The notes under the pieces: generated by a model
Seen by the model: the letters and a program-made list of their open reading frames with translations, nothing else
Databases searched by the model: none
Told to the model about the DNA's origin: nothing
Translations under genes and position numbers: made by a program
Shown here: one piece after another, positions 1 through 13,289 of the stretch
Layout: every line of letters starts with the position of its first letter
Position numbering within the stretch: the first letter of the stretch is position 1
Assembly: GCF_004010195.1 (NCBI RefSeq)
Contig: NC_057749.1
Location: forward strand, 12,882,846-12,946,845
Direction: 5' to 3'
DNA: 64,000 nt
From: Chiloscyllium plagiosum
Lineage: Eukaryota

Positions 1-930
1 TTTGTTACGAATGCTACGAGCATTCAGGTAAAGTGCCTTAATGTTAACCTTCTTATCATTAGATATATTGGAAGTCATAAGCTGTCCTAAGTTATCCTTC
101 CTTTTTGTTGCATTCCTAATCTGCCTCAAGCGCCTGCACATATGCTATCCTGCTGCTTATCTTTCCATTTAACTCCATACTCCCTGTCGCTTTCACTTTC
201 CCTTCCCCCCAACTCAGAAGTTTAAAGTCTTACTGACCACCCTATTTATCCTCTTCACTAGAACATTGGTACCTGATCGGTTCAGGTGGAGACCGTCCCA
301 ATGTACAGATCCCCCTGGTTCCAAAACTGATGCCAATGCCCCATGAAGTGGAATCCCTCTTTCCCATACCAATCCCTTAGACACGTGTTTACTTCCCTAA
401 TTTTCTTATCCCTATGCCAATTGGCACGTGGCTCGGGCAGTAATCCGGAGATTATGACCCTTGAGGACCTGTACTTCAATTTCCTTCCTAGTGCTCGATA
501 ATCCCCAAACAGGTCCTCCACCCTAGCTTTGCCTATGTTGTTAGTCCCAACGTGGACCAGAACAACTGGATCCTCCACCTCCCGCTCCCATATCCTTTCA
601 AGCCGGTTGGAGATGTGCCGCACCCTGGCACCGGGCAGGCAACACACCATGCGAGACTCCCGATCCGGCTTGCAAAGGATACTATCTGTCGCCCTAATTA
701 TAGAATCCCCTATAACAACTACTTGTCTTTTTGCTCCCCTCTCTTGAATGGCCTTCTGCACCATGGTGCCGTGGTCAGCTGGCTCATCCTGTCCAGAGCC
801 CTTTTCCTCATCCGTACAGGGAGCAAGAATCTTATACCTGTTGGACAAGGTCAAGGGCTGAGGCTCCTGCACTCAGGTTCCCCCTATGTGCCTCACTTAC
901 AGTCACATTCTGATGTCCCTGATCCTGACC
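1..930 (-). mobile_element. CR1 LINE fragment, ORF1 SGNH-esterase region
   Basis: ORF 282..872(-) has VVVIGDSIIR, MVCCLPGARV, VLVHVGTNNIG and GFHFMGHW, typical of the CR1 ORF1 esterase domain. Confidence 0.85.
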
Positions 931-1234
931 ACTGACCAGAATGATTTTGTAGTATAATGTGTGCTTTAAGCCCTCCCATACCTGTTAACCTATTACTGAG
1001 AAGCAAGAGAACACAGTCAACATAAAAGTTAATAACTGGAGTCATGTGATGCAGCTTCTGATATTGGATTCCTGTACACAAATGGCTGCCAGAGATCATG
1101 GGAGTGATTTCAGAAAGTGATATAATATCCTCTGTTTTACAGAGGATTTTAATAGATGCCACAGGTGGACAAAATCACAACTGAGCCCAAGTTACACCAA
1201 ATCAAAAGTTACCTTTAAAATCTTCAGAAAGTAA

Positions 1235-1550
1235 TCGTTAGGAGTTTTAATAGAGTTGCTATCAAGAAATTGTTACCAGTAGAAAGAGGGTCAGGAACCA
1301 CAGGGGCATAGATCCAAGGTAATTGACTAAGAAATATGTGGGAGATGAGGAAATTCTTTTCATGCAGAAAGTTTTGATTAGTTGGAATGTGCTGTCTGAA
1401 AGGATGGTGGCAGCGGATTCCATAGGAATTTTCACAAGGGAATTGAAAAATTTACAGGACTGTGGGAAAAGTTTGAACTAATTAGAGGGACTTTTAGAGA
1501 GTCAGCAAATGCATGATGGGCTGAATGCCTTCCATCTGTACAAATCTATA
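1235..1550 (+). mobile_element. Degraded CR1 3' end
   Basis: Similar to other CR1 3' ends in the window (gagatgaggaaattcttttc...ttggaatgtgctgtctgaaaggatggtgg...gatgggctgaatg). Confidence 0.6.
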
Positions 1551-2859
1551 GCAGCACAACAGATGTAGGCACCAGGAACAAGGTGACCTTTCTGTCAGGC
1601 TGATTCCAGCCTGAACATTAAGCATAAATGAGACAACAGCAATAACAGCACTCTTAATACCTGCACTGACTGCAAATCACAAACTCAGCATTGATCCAGA
1701 AGCCAACATGGGACCCTTGCAGCCTGCATGTTCACATCCATTAGCACTTACTCAGCTTTATCGGCACAGTCTTCAGGAAACTAGTTCACAGAATGTTTGC
1801 AGCCTTCTTTCAAATCTGGGAATGTCTGACCTTTCTATTTTCACACAATACTCCATTATGTGAAAAGAAAACAACATAAATAGAAATAAAAGATGAATGT
1901 GAAAACTTAGGTAGGAAAAGAGACGTAATGGGTAACAGGAGAAATGAATGAACGGGTAAGAGACCTGCAATCAATTTTGATGTAAAATGATCTTTCCTTC
2001 TAGATGATGTTACTGGGCAAACAGAAACATCAGTATTACTGCAGTGAAAAACCAGTATGAGCACTTCCAAGAGAAAGACAAGGCTAAAGTTTCAAAAAAA
2101 TGCAATCCTGGATGACAGCCATTCCCCATGAAGCAGCTCAGAGTAAACAGTGAGACCGGAAACTAAGAAAAAAAATTCTGTTGGTTTCTGGAAAAGGACA
2201 GTCTGGTCTTCCAAACATTATGCAGTGGCTGACTGTAATTTCAGTACCCTCTGAGCTGCTACTCTTAATGCAGTATCCCCCTTTCCTAATAACTCCCTCA
2301 CTCAATTGCCTGAATGAAGAAGACTAATGAGTTGCATTAAAGAATGTTAATGCTATAATAACATTTTAATGGCCATGTTAAAACTAAAAATATCCTCAGC
2401 TACCTTTTTGATCTCCTGAAATTTCTTTGCATTGAGAGAAATGTGGCGAGTCATCAGCTGGTCTGACAAAAACAGCATTAGTATCCAAACTTGGTCACTG
2501 TCTCACTAGATCCCTCATCGTCAGATCTTCCTGTATCTCTCAAATCAACTTCCCTACTTGTTCTTCAAACCTCACCCAATCTATCATGAAATACAATGAC
2601 TGAAGTTCTAGTGCATCATGTGAAACGTGCTGTATAACTGCAATTGGGTGAAAAAGTTCAATCTGTTCTTCCATTCTGAGTGTTTTCACTTTTCTCCCCC
2701 TGGAACCTGAACATCCTTTTTCTAAGGTGAAAGATTTGCCACTGTGCTAACGCATGACACCCAGAGACACAAAAGTAGTGACTCAGTGGTATTTCAGTAA
2801 AAGTAGAACGAACACACACACACATTATAGAATTCCTGATTAGAGTGTAACCAAGCTGC

Positions 2860-4800
2860 ATTATTAATGACATTGTCCATTATTTTACTGATGATTGAGA
2901 GTAGGCTGATGAGGTGGTAATTGGTCAAGTTGGATTTGTTCTGCTTTTGTGTACAGGACATATCTGGGTTATTTTGCACATCATCAGGTAGGCGCCAGTG
3001 TTGCAGCTGTACTAGGACAGCTTGGCTAAGGGAGTGCCGAGTGTTGTAGTACATTACAGTGTGGAAACAGGCCCTTCGGCCCAACAGATCTACACCGACC
3101 CGCCGAAGCGCAACCCACCCATACATTTACCCCTTACCTAATGCTACGGGCAACTTAGCATGGCCAATTCACCTGACCTGCACATCTTTGGACGGTGGGA
3201 GGAAACCGGAGCACCCGGAGGAAACCCACGCAGACACGGGGAGAACGTGCAAACTCCACACAGTCAGTTGCCTGAGGCGGGAATTGAACCCGGGTCTCAG
3301 CCGCTGTGAGGCAGCAGTGCTAACCACTGTGCCACCGTGCCGCCCCGAAACTGATGATGAGTTTAACCTACAAGTCACTATGCCTTAGGTGAGAAGAAGG
3401 TGAGTTTGAGACGGAGATTCCTTTATGCTAACCTGAGCCACAATGGGCTTTGAACCCATGCTGTTAGCATCATAAGCAAGCCGTCCAACCAACTGAGTTA
3501 ACTGACCCCCTTCAGTACTATTGCCAGAGTGTGTCAGGGCCCTTAGCTTTTGCAGTATATAATGCCTCCAAACATTTCTTTATATCATGCGGAGTGAATC
3601 AGATCAGCTTAAGACTGGCATCCATGTTACTGGGGACCTCCAGAAGAGGCATGGTGGATCATCCACACAGCACTTCCGGCTGAAGATCGTTGCAAATACT
3701 TCAGCTTTATTTTTTGCACTGATGTGCTGGTCTCCCCATTGTTAAGGTTAGGATATTTATGGAATCTCCTTCTCCATTGAGTTGCTTGTTTGTCCACTAC
3801 CATTCATGACTAGATGTGGTAGGTCTGCAGAGTCTTGTTAGATTGATGAATGGACTCTCTAGCCTCAACTAATGTTGATCTTGCTAGCACTGGTCTCGCC
3901 TAGTGCACGCTGTGTACAATGTAACCTGTATGCCTCTGTCTAAGGCTTTTTGATCTGAAATCCTTGCTTACTATGACCTGCCTGTACTGCTCGTAAACAA
4001 AGCTTTTCACTGTACTTCAATACACGTGACAATAAATCAATCAATCAAAATGTGATCCGTTGGCTGTAGGACTGTCTAGCTCTGTCTATCACTTGCTGCT
4101 TATGCTGTTTGGCATGTAGGTAGTCCTGTTGGGTAGCTTCACCAGGTTGGCTGATGCTGGTCATGGCATATCCACCCGCAAACTTCTTTAGGTTCATCCT
4201 ATGGGCTTGATCCCATGGTAGAGTGGGGATAAGGTGATGCCAAAGGTGATGCAGATTATATTGGAGTAAAATTTTACTACTGATGATGACTACAGTGCCT
4301 CTTGAGTTTCTCGATCTGTTTTAACATTGTCCCATTTTGCATGGTGATAGTGTCAAACAACATGGTGCACGGTATTCTCAATATGAAGTTGGGACTTTGT
4401 CTTCACAAGGACTGTGTGTTTGATACTTTCATGAATAGATATATCTGCAGCTGGCAGATTGGTAAGGATGAGGTCAGGTATGTTTTTCCTTTTTGGTTGT
4501 TCCCTCACCACCTACCACAGACCCAGTCTCTCAGTAGTGTCTTTAGGATCCAACTAGCTCAATCAGTGGTACTGCTGCTGAGTCATTCTTGTTAGTGAAC
4601 ATTAAAATCCCCCACCTAAAGCACTTTCTGTGCTCTTGCCAGCAAGTACACCTGCCAACTGGTGTTCAATATGAAGGAGCACAGAGTCTTCAGCCAAGGG
4701 AGGGCAGTATGTGCAGGAGATTTTCTCGTCTGTGTTTGACTTGATGCCATGAGACTTCATGGTGTCTGAAGTCAACATTAAAAATGCTAAGGCCTACTCC
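2860..4800 (-). mobile_element. Old LINE ORF2 remnant (CR1/L2-like), interrupted by SINEs
   Basis: Minus-strand peptide KSNLTNYHLISLLSIISKIM resembles the RT N-terminal NYRPISLLS motif. Degraded LINE-like sequence resumes after ~3515. Confidence 0.55.
3052..3346 (-). mobile_element. tRNA-derived SINE (HE1/V-SINE type), well-preserved copy
   Basis: Reverse complement begins GGGGCGGCACGGTGGCACAGTGGTTAGCACTGCTGCCTCACAGC, has a B-box GGTTCAATTCCC, the core TCTGCGTGGGTTTCCTCCGGGTGCTCCGGTTTCCTCCCAC and a CR1-like tail. Confidence 0.9.
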
Positions 4801-5284
4801 CTCTCCACAATTGTATTGCAACCTCTGCTCAGTCTGTCCCATAGGAAAGTAGACCAGACCAGACCAGATAAGGAGGGAAGATTTCCTTTGCTGAAGGACA
4901 TTTGTGAACCAGATGGGTTTTTCCAACAACTGACAATGGTTTCAGGTATCCTCAGGGCACAAAAAACTGCTAGAAATATTCAAGATCAATTTTAGATGCC
5001 CATTGAAGAAGTGTTCCCAGGCAGAGAAATGGTTTGAAAAATCTTACATTGGTCCCAGCAATAAAAGCTGAACCTCACATCCCACACATCGTTGCTGATC
5101 CTTAGCAAGAACGACTCAGTTGTTACAACAAACCCTCCCCTTTATCACCTTTTGGGCTGGTTGTTTTACATTCATTGTATTTCACATTGTGGGTGAAGAA
5201 GGGTTTAAGTATGTGCAAGTGAACACATGCTGCAGCATGCATGAGAGAGTGAGAGCAGGTCAGTCACCATGTACATATTCCTCC

Positions 5285-5990
5285 ACAAACCCTCTCATTC
5301 ACCCCCACCCACCCCATACCCACACTCTCACACCCCATACTCACACTCTCACCCCCATACCCTCATACCCAACCCCCCCATACCCACACTCACTCCAACC
5401 CCACACCCNNNNNNNNNNNNNNNNNNNNNNNNNNNNNNNNNNNNNNNNNNNNNNNNNNNNNNNNNNNNNNNNNNNNNNNNNNNNNNNNNNNNNNNNNNNN
5501 NNNNNNNNNNNNNNNNNNNNNNNNNNNNNNNNNNNNNNNNNNNNNNNNNNNNNNNNNNNNNNNNNNNNNNNNNNNNNNNNNNNNNNNNNNNNNNNNNNNN
5601 NNNNNNNNNNNNNNNNNNNNNNNNNNNNNNNNNNNNNNNNNNNNNNNNNNNNNNNNNNNNNNNNNNNNNNNNNNNNNNNNNNNNNNNNNNNNNNNNNNNN
5701 NNNNNTACTCACACTCTCACCCACCCCCAACACTCTCACCCACATACGCACCCATTCCCCAACCTCACACACATCTCTCCACCTGTATGCTCCTTAATCA
5801 CATACAATCTCATCCATCCACACACACATCTCACCCCACTCCATCCAAATCGGATATATTCAGCTACAGGCACATACCCATTTGCACACTCCCTCCATTA
5901 CACTCAAAACAACAGCAAGTACACTCTCTACATGTGCAGATTCTGACATTTGCTGTCTGAACAAACACACACATTCTCTCACATATAGAC
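5285..5990. repeat. C/A-rich low-complexity repeat flanking an assembly gap (N 5409-5704)
   Basis: Repeated cacactctcacccc-like units on both sides of the N run. Confidence 0.85.
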
Positions 5991-6774
5991 ACAACCTATA
6001 TATTTTCACACTCGGCAAAAACATATGAGCACACCAAGCTTCCATCTTTCAGTAACAGAGATAAGAAAACACCTCAGCCCTTGTGATCTGAGACAAAGAA
6101 GCTAGTAACTGGATTGAAATTCAAAGCCAATCATGCACGCTTCACTGGTTTAAGAGGAGTAAGACAATCTGTCTCAGGTTTTTTTTGACCATGACTCCTT
6201 GCACTGTGCTGTGGTCTCAATAATTCTATCTCCAGTCCGAGGACTCTGGTCTTCAACTGATCTCTTCCATTTCCCTACCCAAATCAAACATGGCATGGAT
6301 GCACTTTTTAAGACTAGTGTATCAGTGAAAGGATTCATATTCCTCACTCGTGCTGCCTTCCCGTTTCTTTGTGGAACCTCCTCCATAATTTATCTAATCT
6401 TCTTGCTTGCAATAACATTATTAATTTTTAAGTGCTGGTTGGAATACTGTGCTCAATTCTGGTCTCCATTTTATAAAAGGCAGTTTATAATTTCCTGGAT
6501 TGATACCAAGACCATAATGCTACACCTGCCAGAAACACTGAATAGTTTGGAGCTCTTTTCTCTCAGAAAGAGAAGACTGAGGGTGATCTGATCGAAAACC
6601 TTACAATTAGGTAAGTTTTGGTAGAGTATTCTTGAAGTGCATGCTTCCACGCAGGAAATAGGCCAGAATTAGGGCCACAAATATAAAATAAGCATCAATA
6701 ATTTAATAGAGCCACAACAGCTTGTGAAGGCCATTGAGTTTAGGCTGGCTGTCTGTAGAACATTCCAGTCAAAA

Positions 6775-6861
6775 ATCATGGTGCTGGAAAAGCACAGCCG
6801 GTCAGGCAGCATTCAAGGAGCAGGAGAGAAGATGTTTTGAGTATAAGCTCTTCATCAAGAC

Positions 6862-6893
<32 letters not shown>

Positions 6894-7205
6894 GAGGGGG
6901 GGGCAGGGTCCCAAGGGGTGGAGAGATAAATGGGAAGGGGGTGTGGTTGGCGGGAAGGTAGATGGGAATGCGATAGTTAGATGAAGATGGGGAGTGAAGG
7001 TGATAGGTCAGAAAGCAGAGTGGAGCAGATAGGTGGGAAGGAAGATGGACAGGGAGGACAGGTCAAGAGGGTGGTGCAGAGTTGGAGGGTTGGATCTGGG
7101 ATAAGGTGGGCGGAGGGGAAATGAGGAAACTGGTGAAATCCCAGTGAAATACCCAAACTGGTATGTCCCAGAGATGTTCTCTGAAATGTTCTGCAAGTTG
7201 GGGCC
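6775..7205 (-). mobile_element. Penelope-like element 3' fragment with (GT)n tract
   Basis: Homologous to 15757-16390 and 35000-35627 (gctggaaaagcacagc...ggcagcat terminus; QLAEHFREHLWD endonuclease tail). (GT)n at ~6870-6892. Confidence 0.75.
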
Positions 7206-7289
7206 CTGAATTCCATGCACATGATCTGGCCCTATAACCCTGCAGGTTCAATTCCCTCAGATGCCTTTTGAAATAAAAAACGAAAGCGC

Positions 7290-7490
7290 TGTGGATGCTG
7301 TAAATAAGAAGCAAAAACAGAAATTGCTGGAAAAGCTCAGTAAATTTGGCAGCATCTGTGGAGAGAAATCAGAATTAATGTTCCTGATCCAGTGACCCCT
7401 TCTCAGAATCCTCAGAAACATTAACTCTAATTTCTCTCCACAGATGCTGCCAAACCTGATGAGCTTTATCCAGCAATGTCTGTTTTTGTG
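7290..7490. mobile_element. Fold-back (palindromic) non-autonomous element
   Basis: aaaacagaaattgctggaaaagctcag...ggcagcatctgtggagagaaat pairs with atttctctccacagatgctgcc...tgagctttatccagcaatgtctgtttt. Confidence 0.7.
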
Positions 7491-7519
7491 TCTTTTGAAA
7501 TGTTTGATTGTCTCTAATT

Positions 7520-7897
7520 AAGGGGAGATCTAATAGAAACTTACAAGATAATACATGGCTTGGAGAGGGTGGACGTTAGGAAATTGTTTCCATTAGGCGA
7601 GGAGACTAGGACCCGTGGACACAGCCTTAAAATTAGAGGGGGTAAATTCAGAACAGAAATGCGGAGACATTTCTTCAGCCAGAGAGTGGTGGGCCTGTGG
7701 AATTCATTGCCGCAGAGTGCAGTGGACGCTAAATGTCTTCAAGGCAGAAATTGATAAATTCTTGATGTCACAAGGAATTAAGGGCTACAGGGAGAATGTG
7801 GGTAAGTGGAGTTGAAATGCCCATCAGCCATGAATGAATGGCGGAGTGGACTTGATGGGCCGAATGGCCTTACTTCCGCTCCTATGTCTTATGGTCT
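7520..7897 (+). mobile_element. CR1 LINE 3' end
   Basis: ORF2 C-terminus TRGHSLKIRGGKFRTEMRRHFFSQRVVGLWNSLP followed by the 3' UTR ending cctatgtcttatggtctt. Confidence 0.9.
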
Positions 7898-8174
7898 TCC
7901 ACCACCTTCATGGGCAGCAAGTGCCAGGACACTGTTGCATAAAAAGTTCCACCTTCCACCTCCTTGCATTCTTTTATTCAAAACTTTAAACCAACGTCAC
8001 TTCAATCTGTAACATCAGCTAATGTCAATAATGGAAAGTAGCAAGGAATTCTGGAGAAACACAGAATCCCCGACAGTATAATCAGACTATTCAGCCCAAC
8101 AGGTCCAGATGATCTCTCCAAATAGCATCCCACCCAGACCCACCCCGTACCCTATCTTGTAACCCTGCCTAATC

Positions 8175-8901
8175 TGTTATGATCCCAGATGAAGGCAATA
8201 CTGGATAAATCAGATTACAGAAGGAAACCTGGTTTGATAGATCATATATTTAACCTTAGTCGTTGATTAACATGCTGGTCAGTGATGGTAACCTACTCAC
8301 ATGAGGATGCTGATGTTCTTTAACAAGGGAACATTTATTATACTAAAGAAAAATCTACGTATATACAGAAGACAGTGAGAAACATTTTACATCTTTTACA
8401 ATTCCTTTTCTGTGTTTACTGGCATGAATCTCACAATTCTGATGGTTTAAACTTCTTTCAGTTCTAACAACTTGGAGATTTCTAGCCAAACAGTCCTGAC
8501 TTGGAAGCCTCACAGACTAGAAACCACTTCCGCTGTGAATGGTACCCCTGAATGAAGATGTAAAAGTTTGTTCACTTTCTGGGAGAAAAATTGCTCTCTT
8601 TTGGACCTTGAGTTCTTCTGAACAAAACCATTCATTCTTACATCAAAACTGCCTTAATGTGTTTACTCTGAATGCTACCAATCCAACAGTATAAATATTT
8701 TATCTGTTAAAACTGGAGGAGCCTTCCAGGCACTTGACTGCAGTCATATGTCTTTTTGGAACTATTGCACTTTGGTCATTGTCCAAATGACTTCTGACCT
8801 GTTTATAAAACAATCTTCACAGGATTAACTCACACAGCCACTGTCTCTATTTTAGAAACCAAATGTTAAAATATATTACATATTATACAGCTTTCATCAC
8901 A
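8175..8901 (-). mobile_element. Candidate solo LTR inserted in a decayed SINE
   Basis: Starts TGTTATGA and ends TCATCACA (imperfect terminal inverted repeat, TG...CA). Flanks are aatc/aaac, AATAAA lies on the minus strand near 8335, and SINE sequence sits on both sides. Confidence 0.5.
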
Positions 8902-9929
8902 AAACCGCCGTGCCGATTTCAGATGAAGTAGCCAACAAGTAGCATGTAAATTGAAAACAGGATGTGGCCAAGGAATGATGTGTGTCTATACTTGACCTGT
9001 CAGTCTATGAAGTTGTTATTGGCTTAATAGGTAGAACACTGGAGAGTAACTCAAATGTTGCACTCTCAGTGCTTCTTTATCAGAAAGCCACCACCTCTTG
9101 GATGTCCTTTACAATGCAGAGAAAAGAGGGCCAGCTCAGCCTTGAGATTAAGCCATGTTCCTTAGCGCGGCTGGTACAACACTGGACACAAACACGAACA
9201 TGCAACAAAGAGTACATGCAAAAAGACAATGTTGTTTCTTCTATAATAAAGAAAACGTTCCAAACCCTTCTGTAACCATCAACATGTGCCATCATATGGG
9301 AAGCCGGTGCATATAACTCTCTGAGCTAGTCTCAGCAAATTACAGTGCTACTCAGATGAAGAAAGTGAAAATAGTGAGATGTGAAATATACAGAAACCAG
9401 TAAAATGGAAAATACTCATAAGTGAAATTTAATTTTAGGAAACCACCATTGTGACCTTTGTGCTCTCATGTCTTATGTTCATGCTAATGGGGCTGAGTAG
9501 GAAATTTGTGGGATGTGATTCAGAGCCCCCCTGTTTGACTATGAGACTCTTTAATAGACTGCCTGTGTGTACAACATTGTCAGCTGACAGCAGGTTTCAT
9601 CAATGAGAACACTTCCCAACTGCTAAATCAAATGCGTTTTGCATGAATGCCACTGACACTTGGAATTTTAATTAGAAATGTGTGAGGAAAGGTAAAAAGA
9701 GAGCATGGAAGAGATGAACAGTTCTAGTTACTACATTGGGAATAGCACACTGTTGACAAAATTCAGACCAATGTGTACCTGATCTGTACATTCCGCACGA
9801 CTCAGTGATATTCTGGTATGTTTTCATCTGTGTCAGTGAATAGCAGATACTGTTTCTGGTGCAAAGCTTTCCAGGCAGCGAAGGACAAGATATCACAAAA
9901 CCACAAACAGAGCTAATTAAAAAGGAAAA

Positions 9930-10340
9930 GATTGTATTCCTATAGTATCTTTCATTATCTCAAACAATGCTTTATAGCTACTTAAGTACTTTTTAAAATA
10001 TAGTCACTGTTGTCGTGTAGGAAATACAGCAGTTAATTTGCATACCATTAGATTCCATAAACGGAAATAGATGAAGACCAGATCATGTGCTTTTCTCAAT
10101 TATTTTGATTGAGGGATAAATAGTGATGTGGATATTAAAGACAACTCCTGCCTTCTTAAAAATAATGTTGCAGGGTGAATGAGAAAGGAATTGGGGCCTT
10201 GGTTTAACATTTCATCCAAGATATGGCAAGATTGACAGTGCAGAACTTGGGCATTAAGAATGTCAGCCTGGACTTGCCTTCAGGTCTCTGAAGTGAGGCG
10301 TTTCAGACTCAAGGAGAGAATACTACCCACTGAACAACAG
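9930..10340 (-). mobile_element. SacSINE1/DeuSINE-like SINE, degraded
   Basis: Contains gtacttttt..aaatatagtcactgttgtcgtgtaggaaatacagcag, ggccttggtttaacatttcatcc and a minus-strand tRNA head ending ctacccactgaac. Matches copies at 12133 and 14580. Confidence 0.65.
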
Positions 10341-11288
10341 TTAATATCATTTAAAGGGAAATCTACCATGATTTCACAAACTTTGATACGACAGTGAAAC
10401 TGGTTACAGGATCTCTTATAGCTCGTGTTTCATGAATGCAAATTCACTGTAATGTGATTGACAAACTGGGGACACAGTTTCTAAAGCACAAATGCTTAAA
10501 ACATGTGTTGGCTATAACATGATTACTTCACCAATACTTTAAGCACTATTTCTAAAGCTCGATTTTTCTACAACACAGGGCTCCACAAGAACGCAACCAT
10601 TGTGTTATAGAAGAACTACCTTTATTTGTCTTTTATCAGCTTGGGTGTGATCAATGTCCAGAATTGTTGCCCTCCCTTTTTATTGGTTCCAGTTGAGTTG
10701 TTTAACATTATCTAGAAATGACCTATTGCCACTTGCATAAATTAACAACTCCGAGGTGAAAGAGTGAGACATGGAGGGGGACCTTCACTTCCATCTTTGA
10801 TGCCATTGGAGTCAAAATTGATGTAACTGTATTCAGACATCACCTGTGGGACTGCTGATAATTTGCTGTTTTTTTTCTGAAAGTAGCTGCTTTTCTGTTC
10901 AGATTTAAATCAGACCAAGAGATCTCATACAGAAATTGCTGGAAAAGCTGAGCAGGTCTGGCAGCAAAAAGTAAAGAGGTCACTACTTAGCTAGGTCCAA
11001 GAAGATATTATCCAAGCCTAACTTAAACTAGCAGTCATACTCAGTTCCTCTTTGTGTACATTGTATTCAAGTTCCAATCCTCCCCAATCCATTTTGGAGG
11101 ATGAGGCATTGCTTCCAGCTTCTGTTACTGGGGAGCAAGGGAGAGTTAGGGAGGATAGCAGAGGCCAATCATAGAGCAGTATGTCAAAATATATTTTAAC
11201 CTAATCTGCAAACAGGCAGAATCAAACATAATCCTGGTTTAATCATCTAACTTGAGTCTACTCCATACTGATGTTAGTAGAGATTAAG

Positions 11289-11473
11289 GGGAGAAAATGA
11301 GGTCTGCAGATGCTGGAGATCAAAGTTGAAACTTTATTGCTGGAACAGCACAGCAGGTCAGGCAGCATCCAGGGAACAGGAGATTCGAAGTTCCTTTTGC
11401 CCGAAACGTCGAATCTCCTGTTCCCTGGATGCTGCCTGACCTGCTGTGCTGTTCCAGCAATAAAGTTTCAACT
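11289..11473. mobile_element. Penelope-terminus-derived hairpin element with 14-bp TSD
   Basis: Perfect 65-bp inverted arms 11324-11388 and 11409-11473, a 20-nt loop, and direct repeat TAGTAGAGATTAAG at 11275-11288 and 11473-11486. Confidence 0.9.
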
Positions 11474-12132
11474 AGTAGAGATTAAGACTGAGTAATATGT
11501 AAAGATAGAATTACAACGATCCCATGGGCTAGGTTACCAATACTGCCACAGCACAGACTGACTACAAGTGATCTTAAAAACACAATTAGATTATCCTAAG
11601 GAGGCCAATCCATTAAACCAATTGATTTCAGCACCTGATACAGATGGCTATAATCCCCATCAAAAACATTGTTTGGCCAATTTGCCAGCAATGAATTGCC
11701 CTTCGTTGGGTATGGTACTCCCATACTAAGTCCTTTATAGAACCATCAAATATTTGCCAAACAGCATATGCGCATCTTGTGGCAACTTCCTTTTGACAGG
11801 CCCCGTCACTTTAAATCTCCTTTAAATATGTTCTGACCCTTGACTCAAAGCCACTCAGGACTGCAAAGTATAAACAGAACCTCTCAGGTGAGCATCAGTG
11901 TTCTCAGATGTGAAACTATAGCAGGTTTCATACAGATTTCAGTCCCTTCTGTTGGATTATTAAACTTGTCCTACAGTCCCACACGATAGATATAGACCTG
12001 TCCCCGTTCTACAGGTACAAGATATATGACAGATGCACAGACCTTCTCAACAGCTATGCAGACCCGTTCAACACGTACATAGACCCGCTTGATCTTTGAC
12101 TTTGCAACTCCCATATTAAAGAATGAAGACAA

Positions 12133-12545
12133 GCTTGCATTTCTGTAGCACCTTTTCTGGGCTCAGGACATCCCAAACACTTTGCAGTCAATTAAATACT
12201 TTTGAAGTGTCGTCACTACAGTGAAATGGGAAACATGACAGTCAGTTCATGCACAGAAGGCTCCCACAAATAGCAGTCTGTTAATGGCTATACAACTTAT
12301 TTTACTTGGTGCTGGTATAAATATTGGCAAGCAAAGTAGGGAGAACTTCCCTCCCATTCTTTGAAATTCTGCCATTTAGTCCTTTACATGCAGTTGAAAG
12401 GGCTGATAGGATCTCAGTTCAAACTCTCATCTACATGAGGGTATCTCTGACAGTACAGCACTCCCCACAGTATTGCAGTGAAATGTCAGCCTGGGTTGGA
12501 TGCTAGTAAATCAGAATGACACTTGAATTCATAAATTTCTCACTC
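12133..12545 (-). mobile_element. SacSINE1/DeuSINE-like SINE
   Basis: ttgcatttctgtagcacc...ctcaggacatcccaaacactttgcag...acttttgaagtgtcgtcact...cagcactccccacagtattgcagtgaaatgtcagcctgg. Confidence 0.7.
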
Positions 12546-12914
12546 CCTTCCTGCAGCGTGAACGCATCCACTGTGCTTTTCTCCAGATTAGACCTCACAC
12601 TGTGTTAATAGCATGGTCTTTTCCTTCCTTCAAAGTTATTTGCAAAAAGCCTAGCAACTATGCTTATACCTTATTTAAGTATCGCTTCTCCCATACTGGA
12701 GTTGGGGTCCATTGAGCGTTTTCTGTTCCTTGAAAGCAGTTAACTGAAGAGGAATCAAACCTGAATCCTTGTGGTTTGAGCAGTTTAGCTATTTCCTGTC
12801 AAGGTCAGATGTGTAATTGAGAGAACTCATCATAAGAGATTGTTTGCAACAGATGATGTGAAGTGGATCTGTTTATTTTAAAACAATGGGATCCACTCCT
12901 AGTGGGTCCTAGTT

Positions 12915-13260
12915 TGTTATTGTATATCACTGGGGTACAGTACTTGTGGGGACAAATCTATATAACACTGGGATACGGTATTGGAGGAGACAGATCTGTC
13001 ACTGTATAACACTGTGATATAGTACTGGTGTGGTCAGATTTGTCACTGTAGATCACTGAAGTCCTAGTTCTAATGGATACAGTCCATTGCTTTATAACAC
13101 TGGATAAAGTACAGCTGGTTACAGGTTCATCACTACACAACACTTGGATCCAATGTTCCTGCTATATAATACTGAGGGGGCAGCATGGCTGGGTAGAGGT
13201 TTTCAGTATGATATTGTACTCATCAACACAGGTCCATTGCTTTATAACATTTGATTTGTT
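12915..13260. repeat. Degenerate ~44-bp minisatellite
   Basis: Units approximating TATAACACTGGGGTACAGTACTGGTGGGGACAGATCTGTCACTG recur at ~12923, 12961, 13005 and 13093. Confidence 0.7.
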
Positions 13261-13289
13261 TTAGTGAATATTGGTTTTGCTGACTGTGT

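Noticed and set aside
3270..3346. tRNA genes at SINE heads (also 39129, 46237, 56550)
   Set aside because: A and B boxes run directly into SINE body and tail, with no complete cloverleaf.
5120..5946. Long ORFs spanning 5.1-5.9 kb and 13.9-14.6 kb
   Set aside because: Artefacts of N gaps and low-complexity sequence.
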